Positions 15,744-25,336 of a stretch of DNA of 51,566 nucleotides are shown piece by piece. The stretch is taken from NCBI GenBank assembly GCA_016934555.1, contig JAFGSS010000018.1, positions 1-51,566 of the forward strand. The letters are read 5' to 3'. The notes beneath the pieces were generated by a model. That model ran no database searches. It was not told the origin of the DNA and saw only the letters and a list, made by a program, of their open reading frames with translations. This DNA is from Acidobacteriota bacterium. GTDB taxonomy: Bacteria > Acidobacteriota > UBA6911. Within the stretch, counting starts at the first letter, position 1; each line of letters starts with the position of its first letter. The position numbers and the translations under genes were made by a program.

Positions 15744-17157
15744 GGCAACGGGATTCCTGGAATATGAACGCACTACCGCCCCGAGGCGGCCGGTCGCGGA
15801 GCGCGTCCGGGACTTCTTTCCCGTCTATCAGAGCGTCCCCGAGGAGGAGCTGAGGATCCAGGGGGCGCGCTGCATGGATTGCGGTGTCCCCTTCTGCCAC
15901 TGGGGGTGCCCCCTGGGCAACCTCATCCCCGACTGGAACGACATGGTCTACCGCGGCCGCTGGCGGGACTCCATCCGCGCGCTGCACAGCACGAACAATT
16001 TCCCCGAATTCACCGGAACGGTCTGCCCCGCCCCGTGCGAGGCCTCCTGCGTGCTGGGGATCAACGAACCGGCGGTGAGCATCAAGACGATCGAGAACGC
16101 CATCGTCGAGCGGGCGTTCCACGAGGGGTGGATCCGTCCGGAACCCCCGGAAATCCGGAGCGGACGGCGCGTGGCCGTCATCGGGTCGGGGCCGGCGGGG
16201 CTCGCGGCGGCGCAGCAGCTCAACCGCGCGGGACACGCCGTCGTCGTCTTCGAGAAGGCGGACCGCATCGGCGGCCTGCTGCGCTACGGGATCCCCGACT
16301 TCAAGCTGGAGAAGGGGATCATCGACCGCCGTCTGGAGCAGCTCCGGGAGGAGGGGATCCGGTTCGAGACCGGCGCCCATGTCGGCGTGGACGTGCCTCT
16401 TCAGGGGCTGCGCCGGAAATTCGACGCGCTCCTGCTCGCGGGGGGGGCGGAGCGGCCGAGGGACCTCACGGTGCCCGGCCGGGAACTCGGGGGGATCCAT
16501 TTCGCCATGGACTTTCTCGTCCGGCAGAACCGCCGCTCGGCCGGAGCCCGCATCGACCCGGGGGACGACATCCAGGCCACCGGGAAACGGGTGGTGATTC
16601 TGGGAGGAGGGGACACGGGAGCCGACTGCCTCGGGACCTGCCACCGCCAGCGGGCGCTCTCCGTCCACCAGATCGAAATTCTCCCGGAACCCCCGGCGGA
16701 AAGGTCGCCCGAGACCCCCTGGCCCCTCTGGCCCCTGATGCTGCGCACGGAAAGCTCGCACGAGGAGGGGGGGGTGCGAGTGTGGGGCGCCGCCACCACC
16801 CGTTTCAGCGGGGACTCCCGGGGAAAGGTGACGCACTTGCACGCCGTCCGGGTGGGGGCGCCCCCCCGGTTCGAACCGGTCGCGGGCTCCGACTTCACCC
16901 TCGAGGCCGATCTCGTCCTGCTGGCGCTGGGGTTTACGGGGGCGGCGCCCAACCCGATGTTCGAGGAGACCGGCATCGGACTGGACGGGCGGGGAAACGT
17001 CGCTGCGAATGAAGCCTGCATGACGGCCGTCCCCGGAATTTTCGCCGCCGGGGACATGCAGTACGGGCAGTCCCTGGTGGTCCGGGCCATCGCGGAGGGG
17101 CGCCGCACGGCCCACGCCGTCGACCGCTACCTGCGACAGCTCTCGGGCGGGCGCTGA
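15736..17157 (+). CDS. gltD: Glutamate synthase small subunit
   Basis: [10 protein letters not shown] start overlapping the gltB end; [33 protein letters not shown]. Confidence 0.97.
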
Positions 17158-17195
17158 CCGGGGACCGCCCCCCGGGGGCGGGTGCGCCCCCGGGG
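17158..17195. terminator. GC hairpin between convergent gltD and CoA transferase
   Basis: CCGGGG-A-CCGCCCC..GGGGCGG..CCCCGG inverted repeat; no clear U tract. Confidence 0.4.
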
Positions 17196-17196
17196 A

Positions 17197-18720
17197 TCAG
17201 GCGGCCGGGTCGGGAAAGGAGCGGCAGGCGGCGTCGTAGTCCTTCCACCAGCCGTTGAGCAGGTCCATGTTGGCCAGCCGCGGCTGGTCGCCGTCTCCCG
17301 CTATCTTCATGTATTCGCGCAGCACCGGCTGGAAATGGGGGTGCGCGCACTTGGAGATGATGTCCTCGGCGCGCCGCCGCGCGGAACGGATCTCGGTATT
17401 CAGGGCGAACCCCTGCTCGGTCACCACGCAATGGATGTCGTGCTCGGTATGATCGATGTGGCGCACGTAGGGGAGCACGCAGCTGACGACCCTCCCGTCC
17501 CTCAGGCGCCGGATCGACGGGGTGTGGACGATGCTGAGGTAGGCGTGCCGGAAGAAATCGCCGCTTCCGCCGAGGCCGTTGACCACCCGGGAGCCGTCGA
17601 TGTGGGTCGAATTGACGTGACCGTAGATATCGACCTCGATCGGCGTGTTCATGGCGATCACGAACAGGCGCGTGATCATCTCCGCGTTGTTCGACATCCA
17701 CATCGGGCGCAGGACCACCTTTTCCCGGCACCGGGTGAAGAGGCGCAGGAATTCCTGGCGCTTGTCCTCCGAGAAGGAGACGGCCGTCGCCGACGCGTGA
17801 TCGAATTTCTCGTCGTCCTCGACGTAGCGCATCATCCCGTCCTGGAACACCTCGGTCCAGAAGCGGATCTTCTTGAACGGGGATTTGTAGAGTTCCCCGA
17901 CGATGGCGTTGGCCACGTTGCCGACCCCCGACTGGATGGGGGGGAGGCGGCTGCCCCAGTGGAACGTCTTGTGGCAGTACATGAGGAACTCGATGACGTT
18001 CTGGGCGATCCGGGTCTCCATTTCGGTCGTCGGCTTGAAGCTGACGGGGAAATCGGGCTTCTCGGAATGGATGATGGCGGCCACCCTGCTCTTGTCGATC
18101 TCGACGTAGGGAAGGCCGACGCGGTCGCCCACGTTGACGATGGGGATGGGCCAGCCCACCTTCGGGTGGACGCTCGGGAGCGCGATGTCGTGAAACCCGG
18201 TGTAATCGGGGATCGCCGTGTTCACCTCCAGGACGATCTTCTTCGCGATGGTCAGCGCTTCCGCCGACACCCCGACCGAACCGGACAGGACCACGCTGCC
18301 GTCGGGACGGATGCGGGAGACCTCCACCACCGCGAGATCGATTCCGCCGTAGAACCCGTAGATGAGGTTCCGGGCGAAGGAGGAGAGGTGGACGTCGGTG
18401 AAGTCCATTTCCCCCGAATGGATCAGCTTCCGGGAAGCCTTGGAGGACATGTACGGGCCGCGCTTGCCCACATACGAGGAGATCGGTCCCTCCACGTCCT
18501 CCGAAAGCGACGCCCCGCTGAAGAGGCCGATCCTGGTCTTGGGCGCGTACTGCGCCAGGTGGCGGGCCAGGGCGGGAATGAAGGTTTTGGGTTCCCCCGT
18601 CTTGGTGAACCCGCTGATGGCGATCTTCGAACGGTCCCCGACGAACTTGACCGCCTCTTCCACCGGCATCAGCTTATCCAGCAACTCCCTGCACTGCACA
18701 CGCTCGGTCAGTAGTGACAT
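17197..18720 (-). CDS. Acetyl-CoA hydrolase / succinate:acetate CoA-transferase family protein
   Basis: SGFT, IQSGVGNVANA, WTEVFQD (catalytic Glu), EVDIYGHVNST, NGLGGSGDF, VVTEQG. ATG 18720 has a GGAG RBS; GTG 18744 is an alternative start. Confidence 0.92.
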   Translation of the reverse strand: MSLLTERVQCRELLDKLMPVEEAVKFVGDRSKIAISGFTKTGEPKTFIPALARHLAQYAPKTRIGLFSGASLSEDVEGPISSYVGKRGPYMSSKASRKLIHSGEMDFTDVHLSSFARNLIYGFYGGIDLAVVEVSRIRPDGSVVLSGSVGVSAEALTIAKKIVLEVNTAIPDYTGFHDIALPSVHPKVGWPIPIVNVGDRVGLPYVEIDKSRVAAIIHSEKPDFPVSFKPTTEMETRIAQNVIEFLMYCHKTFHWGSRLPPIQSGVGNVANAIVGELYKSPFKKIRFWTEVFQDGMMRYVEDDEKFDHASATAVSFSEDKRQEFLRLFTRCREKVVLRPMWMSNNAEMITRLFVIAMNTPIEVDIYGHVNSTHIDGSRVVNGLGGSGDFFRHAYLSIVHTPSIRRLRDGRVVSCVLPYVRHIDHTEHDIHCVVTEQGFALNTEIRSARRRAEDIISKCAHPHFQPVLREYMKIAGDGDQPRLANMDLLNGWWKDYDAACRSFPDPAA

Positions 18721-18969
18721 GATCTGCTCCAACGAATTCCCCACGCGACGGAAACGCAGCCCTTCCAGCGGAGGCGGAAACGGTCGGAACCGCCCCTGGA
18801 AGGAGGCGGCCCGCAGCCGGGCGCCGTCAGGTTCCGAAACATGAGTATCTCACATTCTGGCTGAGGTATAAAGCCGGGCGGAACGGGACCTCAAGCACAC
18901 CCTTGCGGCCCGGCCCATCGCCGGCCGCAGGCTCCGGCGGGCCGCAGGCCCTAAACCGTCGCCGGCCGA

Positions 18970-18997
18970 ATTTTACCCGGCCCGGACGCCATGTCAA
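18970..18997 (-). promoter_or_regulatory. Near-consensus sigma70 promoter toward the CoA transferase
   Basis: Minus strand TTGACA-N16-TAAAAT. Confidence 0.6.
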
Positions 18998-19161
18998 GGC
19001 CAAACCGGTCCGGGCCCCCGGCCCGGAGGCAGCGGTATCCGAAAAATCGATTTCGCGCCTGTTTCCCGGAAGGGGTTGGTGGCATCATTGGAGTTTCGCT
19101 CCGGGGTTTGGATCCCGGCCCGGAATGGATTACGATGGGATCTTCGAGGAGGAGACGACAG

Positions 19162-20241
19162 ATGGCACGCATACATAATTTCAACGCAGGCCCGGCGGCG
19201 ATGCCGCTGGAAGTCATCGAGAAGGCCCGGGAGGAACTGACCGACCTGGGGGGCATCGGCATGTCGGTCATGGAGATCTCCCACCGCTCAAAGGAGTTCC
19301 AGGCCATCGTGGACGGCGCCGAGGCCGGGATCCGACGCCTGATGAAGGTGCCCGAAGACTATGCCGTTCTCTTCCTCCAGGGGGGGGCCAGCCTTCAGTT
19401 CGCCATGCTCCCGCTGAACCTGCGCAGGCCGGGGAAAAGCGCCGACTACGTCGACACCGGGAGCTGGGCCACCCGCGCCATCAAGGAAGCCCGGATTACG
19501 GGCCCCGTCAACGTGGCCTGGAGCGGGAAAGCGGACCGCTATGCCCGGATCCCCAAGTCGGCGGAGCTCCAGCTCCTCCCGGACGCGGAGTATGTCCACA
19601 TCTGCTCCAACGAAACCATCGGCGGCATCCGCTGGACCCGGTTTCCCGAAACGGAGGCCCCGCTCGTCGTGGATATGTCGAGCGACATCCTTTCGCGCGA
19701 AGTCGACATCACCCGGCTGGCCGTCGCCTACGCCGGCGCCCAGAAAAACCTGGGGCCGTCGGGCCTGGCGGTCGTGATCCTCCGCAGGGACCTCGCCGAA
19801 CGCGTGCCGGAGAACATCCCCCTCTTTTTCCGCTATTCGACCCACATCGCCGACGGCAGCCTGTACAACACCCCGAACACCTGGGCCATCTACATGCTCA
19901 AGCTCACGTGCGAATGGATGGAAGCGCGGGGAGGGGTGGCGGCGATGGAGCGGGAGAACGATCGGAAGGCGGCGACTCTCTACCGGGTGCTCGATTCCAG
20001 CGACTTCTGGCGCTCCCCCGTCGAGGTGGAGAGCCGCTCCATCATGAACGTCGTCTGGCGCCTCGGCACGGAGGAGCTGGAGGCAAGCTTCATCGCCGGG
20101 GCCAAAGCGGCGGGGATGGTGGGCCTCAAGGGGCACCGGTCGGTCGGCGGCATCCGGGCCAGCATCTACAACGCCGTGCCGACGGCTTCGGTAGAGGCGC
20201 TGGCGGAGTTCATGCGTGAATTCGAACGGAAAAACGGCTGA
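19162..20241 (+). CDS. serC: Phosphoserine aminotransferase
   Basis: NFNAGPA, MEISHRS, LQGGA, YAGAQKN (PLP Lys), NTP, GHRSVGGIRASIYNA; GAGGAG RBS. Confidence 0.97.
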   Translation: MARIHNFNAGPAAMPLEVIEKAREELTDLGGIGMSVMEISHRSKEFQAIVDGAEAGIRRLMKVPEDYAVLFLQGGASLQFAMLPLNLRRPGKSADYVDTGSWATRAIKEARITGPVNVAWSGKADRYARIPKSAELQLLPDAEYVHICSNETIGGIRWTRFPETEAPLVVDMSSDILSREVDITRLAVAYAGAQKNLGPSGLAVVILRRDLAERVPENIPLFFRYSTHIADGSLYNTPNTWAIYMLKLTCEWMEARGGVAAMERENDRKAATLYRVLDSSDFWRSPVEVESRSIMNVVWRLGTEELEASFIAGAKAAGMVGLKGHRSVGGIRASIYNAVPTASVEALAEFMREFERKNG

Positions 20242-20305
20242 GAAAAACAGGCTGAGAAAAACAGGCTGAGAAAAACCGGCTGAGAAAAACAGGCTGAGAT
20301 AAACG
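20229..20305. repeat. 14-bp tandem repeat (GGCTGAGAAAAACA) x5 plus partial copy
   Basis: Units start at 20236, 20250, 20264, 20278 and 20292 with no spacers. The first unit contains the serC TGA. Confidence 0.95.
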
Positions 20306-20311
20306 TCTGGA

Positions 20312-21457
20312 TTAAAGCGGCTGGACGTTGATGTGAACCACCTTCGCCGGCGGGAATCCGTTGAACCAGGTGGAGGACGCGTGGCTGTAGGCCCCGATGT
20401 TCTCCGAGTAGACCAGGTCGCCCAGGTCGAGCTCGGGGAGATCTTCCGCCTGGGACACGGTATCCAGGGCGTCGCAGGTGGGGCCGAAGACGGCCGAAAT
20501 CCGCGCAGGTCCCCGTTTGAACGCCTTCAGGTGGTACTGGCAGTGATCGAACAGGATGCCTGAAAAGGTGTGGTAGATGCCGTCGTTGATGTAGTAGCAG
20601 CGCTTCCCGTCGCGGTCGGATTTGCCGATCACCTCGGCCACCACCGTGGCGGTGGTGCCCACCATGTACCGTCCCGGTTCCGCGATGACTTCCAGGTCCT
20701 TCGGGAACAGCCTGCGGATTTCGGCACCCAGGATCTTGGCCAGTTCCCGGAACGGGCGCACATGGCGGTCGTAGCGGGCGGGAAAACCGCCGCCGATATC
20801 CAGGAGCTTCAGCTCGAGCCCCCGGGCCTCCGCTTCCTCCATGATGCCGGCCGACGTCCCTAGCGCCTGGACGTAGTTCTCGAAATTCGTGCACTGGCTT
20901 CCCACATGGAACGCCAGTCCCTCCACCACGAGGCCCGCATCGGCCGCCCGGCTCATGAGGTCCACGGCTTCCCCGGGGGCGGCCCCGAACTTGCTCGACA
21001 GCTCCACCATCGAACCGGTGTTCGGGACCCGGATGCGGAGCGCCAGCCCGGCGTTGGGCGCGTGCCGGCGGATCTTCCCGATCTCCTCGGCGTTGTCGTA
21101 GACCACCAGGGGGCGGTAGCAGTCGAGCTCCTCGAGCGTGCGGCGGTCCTTGATGGGGTTGGAATAGATGATCTTGTCCCAGATGAAGTTCTGCCGCTCG
21201 TCGGCCGGGAGGGCGCGGATGTTTTCGTAGACGAGGTTGAACTCGGCGATGGAGGCCACGTCGAAACTGGACCCGATCCGGTAGAGGGTGCGCACGATTT
21301 CCGGGTCGGGGTTGGCCTTGACCGCGTAGTACGGCTGCACCCGCGGCAGGCAGCGCCGGAACGCATGGAAATTCCCGCGCAGGGCCTCGTGGTCCACGAC
21401 AAACAGGGGCGTCCCGTGCCTCCGCGCCAGCTCTTTCAGTTGCGATGTCTTGATCAT
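20312..21457 (-). CDS. Fold-type III PLP decarboxylase, ornithine/lysine decarboxylase type
   Basis: YAVKAN, FDVAS, FHVGSQ, DIGGGF, EPGRY, GPTCDALD (CD rather than the CE of DAP decarboxylase), ILFDH. Confidence 0.88.
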   Translation of the reverse strand: MIKTSQLKELARRHGTPLFVVDHEALRGNFHAFRRCLPRVQPYYAVKANPDPEIVRTLYRIGSSFDVASIAEFNLVYENIRALPADERQNFIWDKIIYSNPIKDRRTLEELDCYRPLVVYDNAEEIGKIRRHAPNAGLALRIRVPNTGSMVELSSKFGAAPGEAVDLMSRAADAGLVVEGLAFHVGSQCTNFENYVQALGTSAGIMEEAEARGLELKLLDIGGGFPARYDRHVRPFRELAKILGAEIRRLFPKDLEVIAEPGRYMVGTTATVVAEVIGKSDRDGKRCYYINDGIYHTFSGILFDHCQYHLKAFKRGPARISAVFGPTCDALDTVSQAEDLPELDLGDLVYSENIGAYSHASSTWFNGFPPAKVVHINVQPL

Positions 21458-21508
21458 GGGCGGCCGCGCGGACCGGCGGCGGGGACGGACCCCACCGCCG
21501 TCCTCCGG

Positions 21509-22666
21509 TTACAGGGTTTTGTTGTGCTTCCAGTACTCCTCGGTCACCAGTTCCATGATCTCCGGAAGCCGGTCGTAAAGGCGCTTGAGCTTCCGCGGTC
21601 TGGAGCGGGCCAGGGCGTAGTGCGCGAGCAGGGGGAAGGCGACGGTCGAGTCGACATAGCAGACGACGGCGTCGGGGAGCTGCGACGGGTCCACCTTGCC
21701 CCAGGTGACCGCCTCCTGCGGGGTGGCCCCGGAAAGGCCCCCCGTGTCGGGGCGCGCGTCGGTGAACTGGATGAAGTAATCGTGCCCCTCTTCCTTGACC
21801 CGGAGGATTTCCTGGATCTGCGGCTCCGTCTGCAGCGTGAAGTTCTTGGGCGAGCCGCCGCCGATCAGCAGCGTCCCGGTCTTGTGCCCCGCGCGCTTGG
21901 CGGCCAGGACGATGCCGGTGCTTTCGTTGACGTCACGCGAGGGGTTGATGCGCAGCGCGTTCTTGCGCAGTTCCAGCCCGGCCACGTTCATGCCGATGGT
22001 GGAATCGCCCGGGGAGGGGCAGAAGCACGGGACCCCCGCGCGGTAGGCGGCGGCCAGCAGCGAACTGTCCGTGCGCCCGGTCTGCTCCTCGAACTCCGCG
22101 CAGTATTTCCCCAGGAGGTAGTGCAGCTCGGTGGTCCCCATCTCCTTCTGGAATTCGGGCTGCATCAGCACCTGGCGCAGGACATGGTCCGTCGCCATGA
22201 GGACGTCGTTGTAGTCGAGCAGGATGTCGTAGATGCGCACCACGCCCATCCTCCGGAGCTCGGGATCGGGGGAGAAGGGGGACCCGCGGTAAAGGGGGAG
22301 GTTCATCGCGTAGTGCATGTCGTGGTAGAGGTTGGCCCCCGTGGCCACGATCCAGTCCACGAACCCGGCCTTGATCAGGGGAACCACCACCGCGGCCCCC
22401 AGCCCGGCCGGCGTCATCGCCCCCGCCAGGCTCATACCCACGGTCACTTTCGGCTTGACCATTTTCTCGGTGAAGAGGCGGCAGGCTTCCTGGAGCCGTC
22501 CCCCGTTGTAGGCCAGAAACGCGCCGTCGATCAGTTCGGGCAGCGTCTCCTTCCCGGTGATCGGTGAGGGGAGGATGCGGCGCCCCCGCAGGAACTGCTG
22601 TTTCCCCTTGGAGAATTTGTGCGGATACTTGCTCACGAATTTCCGGGGCAGTTTGACCTCACCCAT
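21509..22666 (-). CDS. Deoxyhypusine-synthase-like protein (probable homospermidine synthase)
   Basis: [44 protein letters not shown] (catalytic Lys retained). Confidence 0.88.
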   Translation of the reverse strand: MGEVKLPRKFVSKYPHKFSKGKQQFLRGRRILPSPITGKETLPELIDGAFLAYNGGRLQEACRLFTEKMVKPKVTVGMSLAGAMTPAGLGAAVVVPLIKAGFVDWIVATGANLYHDMHYAMNLPLYRGSPFSPDPELRRMGVVRIYDILLDYNDVLMATDHVLRQVLMQPEFQKEMGTTELHYLLGKYCAEFEEQTGRTDSSLLAAAYRAGVPCFCPSPGDSTIGMNVAGLELRKNALRINPSRDVNESTGIVLAAKRAGHKTGTLLIGGGSPKNFTLQTEPQIQEILRVKEEGHDYFIQFTDARPDTGGLSGATPQEAVTWGKVDPSQLPDAVVCYVDSTVAFPLLAHYALARSRPRKLKRLYDRLPEIMELVTEEYWKHNKTL

Positions 22667-22700
22667 TTTCGCCTCCCGAATGAGACCCGCAACGCGGGCC

Positions 22701-22738
22701 TAAAAAGGGACGCCCCCCGGAATCTCCGGGGGGCTCCC
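22701..22738 (-). terminator. Intrinsic terminator after ilvC
   Basis: Minus strand GGGAGCCCCCCGGA-GAT-TCCGGGGGGCGTCCC followed by TTTTT. Confidence 0.75.
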
Positions 22739-22764
22739 GCACACCTGCAAGTCCGAGCGGAGCT

Positions 22765-23865
22765 CTAGTTGGACGCCCTTCCGACCGTCCCCTTGGCCAC
22801 GCCGATGTTCTTCTTCGCCGGCTCCTTCGGCCGCAGCGCGCGCGTCGCCTTGCCCGCCCGCCACATCTCGGAGTCCGCCATGGTCTTCAGCTCCTTGGTC
22901 AGCTGCTTCTGGTAATCGGGCTTGCCGCAGGACTGGAGGACCCGTTTGGTCTCCTCCCCGCTGGCCACCCGCTTGTAGAGCTCCGCGAAGACGGGCTTCA
23001 CCGCCTTCTTGAATTTCGGCAGCCAGTCCAGGGCGCCGCGCTGGGCGGTGGCGGAGCAGTTGGCGTACATCCAGTCCATCCCGTTTTCGGCGACCAGGCG
23101 GATCAGGCTTTCGGTCAGCTCCTCGACCGTTTCGTTGAAAGCCTCGCTGGGGCTGTGGCCGTGGCGCCGGAGCACGTCGTACTGGGCCTCCATCACCCCC
23201 GCCAGCGCTCCCATCAGGATCCCCCGCTCGCCGGTCAGGTCGCTGAAGACTTCCTTTTTGAACGTCGTCGGGAAGAGATACCCCGATCCCACCGCGATCC
23301 CGAGCGCCATGCACCTTTCACGGGCGCGGCCGGTAGCGTCCTGTTCCACGGCGAAGCTGGAGTTGATGCCCGCGCCGGAGAGGAAATTGCGCCGCAGCGA
23401 CGTCCCGGACCCCTTGGGGGCCACCATGATGACATCGACGTCCTTGGGGGGGACGACGCCCGTCTGCTTGCTGTAGGCGATGGAAAAGCCGTGGGAGAAA
23501 TAGAGCGCCTTTCCCGGGGCCAGCCTCTCCTTGACCACGGGCCAGATCCCCCGCTGCGCCGCGTCCGACACCAGCATCTCGATGATGGTCCCCCGCTCGC
23601 AGGCCTCCTCGATGGTAAAGAGGGTCTTCCCGGGCACCCACCCGTCCTTCCTGGCGCGATCCCAGTCCTTCGGATACTTTTTCGACTGCCCGATGATGAC
23701 GTTGAAACCGTTGTCCTTCATGTTCAAGGCCTGCGCCGGGCCCTGAACGCCGTATCCGATGACGGCGATCGTCTCCCCCTTGAGCACCTTGCGCGCGCGG
23801 CTCATGGGAAATTCCTTTCGCGTAACGACCTCTTCCTTAACGCCTCCAAAATCGATGAGCGCCAT
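22765..23865 (-). CDS. ilvC: Ketol-acid reductoisomerase (Bacteroides/fungal Ilv5-like type)
   Basis: GYGVQG, LVSDAAQ, FSHGF, VAPKGSG, SDLTGERG.LMG, ANCSATAQRGALDW. Confidence 0.95.
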   Translation of the reverse strand: MALIDFGGVKEEVVTRKEFPMSRARKVLKGETIAVIGYGVQGPAQALNMKDNGFNVIIGQSKKYPKDWDRARKDGWVPGKTLFTIEEACERGTIIEMLVSDAAQRGIWPVVKERLAPGKALYFSHGFSIAYSKQTGVVPPKDVDVIMVAPKGSGTSLRRNFLSGAGINSSFAVEQDATGRARERCMALGIAVGSGYLFPTTFKKEVFSDLTGERGILMGALAGVMEAQYDVLRRHGHSPSEAFNETVEELTESLIRLVAENGMDWMYANCSATAQRGALDWLPKFKKAVKPVFAELYKRVASGEETKRVLQSCGKPDYQKQLTKELKTMADSEMWRAGKATRALRPKEPAKKNIGVAKGTVGRASN

Positions 23866-24127
23866 GATTGCGTCCCTCCTTCAGGGTAAGTTCCCGGCTG
23901 CCGGCATCCACATCCACGCACGGGAAGATTTATATAAGTCATCCGGGATCCGGGTTCAAGGCGAAATCTTCCCGCGCCGCATGCCATTCTAACAGAAGCA
24001 CGGGGCGGAAGGGCGCAATCTTTATCGCTTCCGGCGGGGGGCAATCTGTTTTATCATGCCGACGGCCGGCCGTGACCGGCAGGCCCCGGACGGGGAGGAC
24101 CCATCCGCCGGAACCCGTAACCGCGCC

Positions 24128-25288
24128 ATGAGAATGATGATGATGCTCGTTTTCTTCACCCTGTTCCTGGCCATCCTGGGGCTGATCAGCTGGTACCTCT
24201 TCATCCGCGGTCTCGCCGCCATCCCCTGCGGCTCGGCGCTGCGCCGCCCCTACATCATCCTCTTCTGGTTTCTGACCCTGTCCTTCGTCGGCGGACGCAT
24301 CTTCGAGAACCTCCTCCCTTCCGCGCCGGCCACCATCCTCATCTGGATCGGCTCCTTCTGGCTGGGTGCCGTCGTCTACCTCCTGCTCGCCGCCCTCTCT
24401 GTCGACCTGCTGCGGCTGGTGCACCGGTTCTTCCCCTTCTTCCCCGCCGCCGTCACGCGTGACGTCGCCCGGGCAAAGCTCGTGACCCTCGCCACGGTCC
24501 TGGCGGCGACGGCCCTGTGCCTGGCCGGGGGGTACGTGAACTCGCTCTTCCCGGTGGTCCGGACGCTCGACATCGATGTGGCGCGCCGGTGCGGGGGGAT
24601 GGAAAGCCTCGACATCGTGGCCGCGTCCGACATTCACCTGGGAACCATCGTGGGGCGCTCCCGACTGGACGGCATCGTCGAGCGGATCAACCGCCTGAAC
24701 CCGGACATCGTGCTGCTGCCGGGCGACATCGTGGACGAGGACCTCGCCCCCGTCATCCGGCAGAACCTGGGGGCGGCGATCGAGAACATCCGTTCCCGCT
24801 TCGGAACGTACGCCGTGACCGGAAATCATGAATATATCGGAGGAGTGGAGGAGGCCGCCGCCTACCTCTGTGCCCACGGCGTCACCCTGCTGCGGGATGA
24901 AAAGGTCCGGATCGGGAACGCGTTCCACCTCGTTGGGCGCGAGGACCGCTCGATCGGACGCTTTTCCGGGCTGCGCCGGAAGGGGCTCGACGAGCTCATG
25001 GACGGGATCGACGACGGCTGCCCCGTCATCCTCCTCGACCACCAGCCCTTCGAACTGGAGGAAGCGGCCAGGCACGGCGTCACGCTCCAGCTCTCGGGGC
25101 ACACGCACTACGGGCAGCTGTGGCCGCTGCACCTCGTCGTCAGGATGATGTACGAGGTCCCGTGGGGGTACAGGCGCTCCGGGGACACTCATTATTACGT
25201 GTCCTCCGGGGTCGGGACCTGGGGGCCGCCCATGCGCATCGGGAACCGCCCCGAAATCGTGCGGATCCGGCTCCACTTCCGGCGGTAA
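24128..25288 (+). CDS. Membrane-anchored metallophosphoesterase (YkuE/YaeI-like)
   Basis: Four N-terminal TM helices; SDIH, GDIVD, GNHE, HQP, SGHTH.GQ, GTWGPP.R motifs. Start position is uncertain among several ATGs. Confidence 0.88.
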   Translation: MRMMMMLVFFTLFLAILGLISWYLFIRGLAAIPCGSALRRPYIILFWFLTLSFVGGRIFENLLPSAPATILIWIGSFWLGAVVYLLLAALSVDLLRLVHRFFPFFPAAVTRDVARAKLVTLATVLAATALCLAGGYVNSLFPVVRTLDIDVARRCGGMESLDIVAASDIHLGTIVGRSRLDGIVERINRLNPDIVLLPGDIVDEDLAPVIRQNLGAAIENIRSRFGTYAVTGNHEYIGGVEEAAAYLCAHGVTLLRDEKVRIGNAFHLVGREDRSIGRFSGLRRKGLDELMDGIDDGCPVILLDHQPFELEEAARHGVTLQLSGHTHYGQLWPLHLVVRMMYEVPWGYRRSGDTHYYVSSGVGTWGPPMRIGNRPEIVRIRLHFRR

Positions 25289-25336
25289 GAAAACGTTCCC
25301 GACCTGCCGCGAGCCCCGGGGAGGCTGGCGTTCCTT

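Noticed and set aside
20229-20305. Repeat array as a possible CRISPR
   Set aside because: Units are 14 bp and contiguous, with no spacers and no cas genes.
21509-22666. Hypusination-like modification of a translation factor
   Set aside because: No efp or hydroxylase gene is nearby, and linkage to a decarboxylase points to polyamine synthesis.
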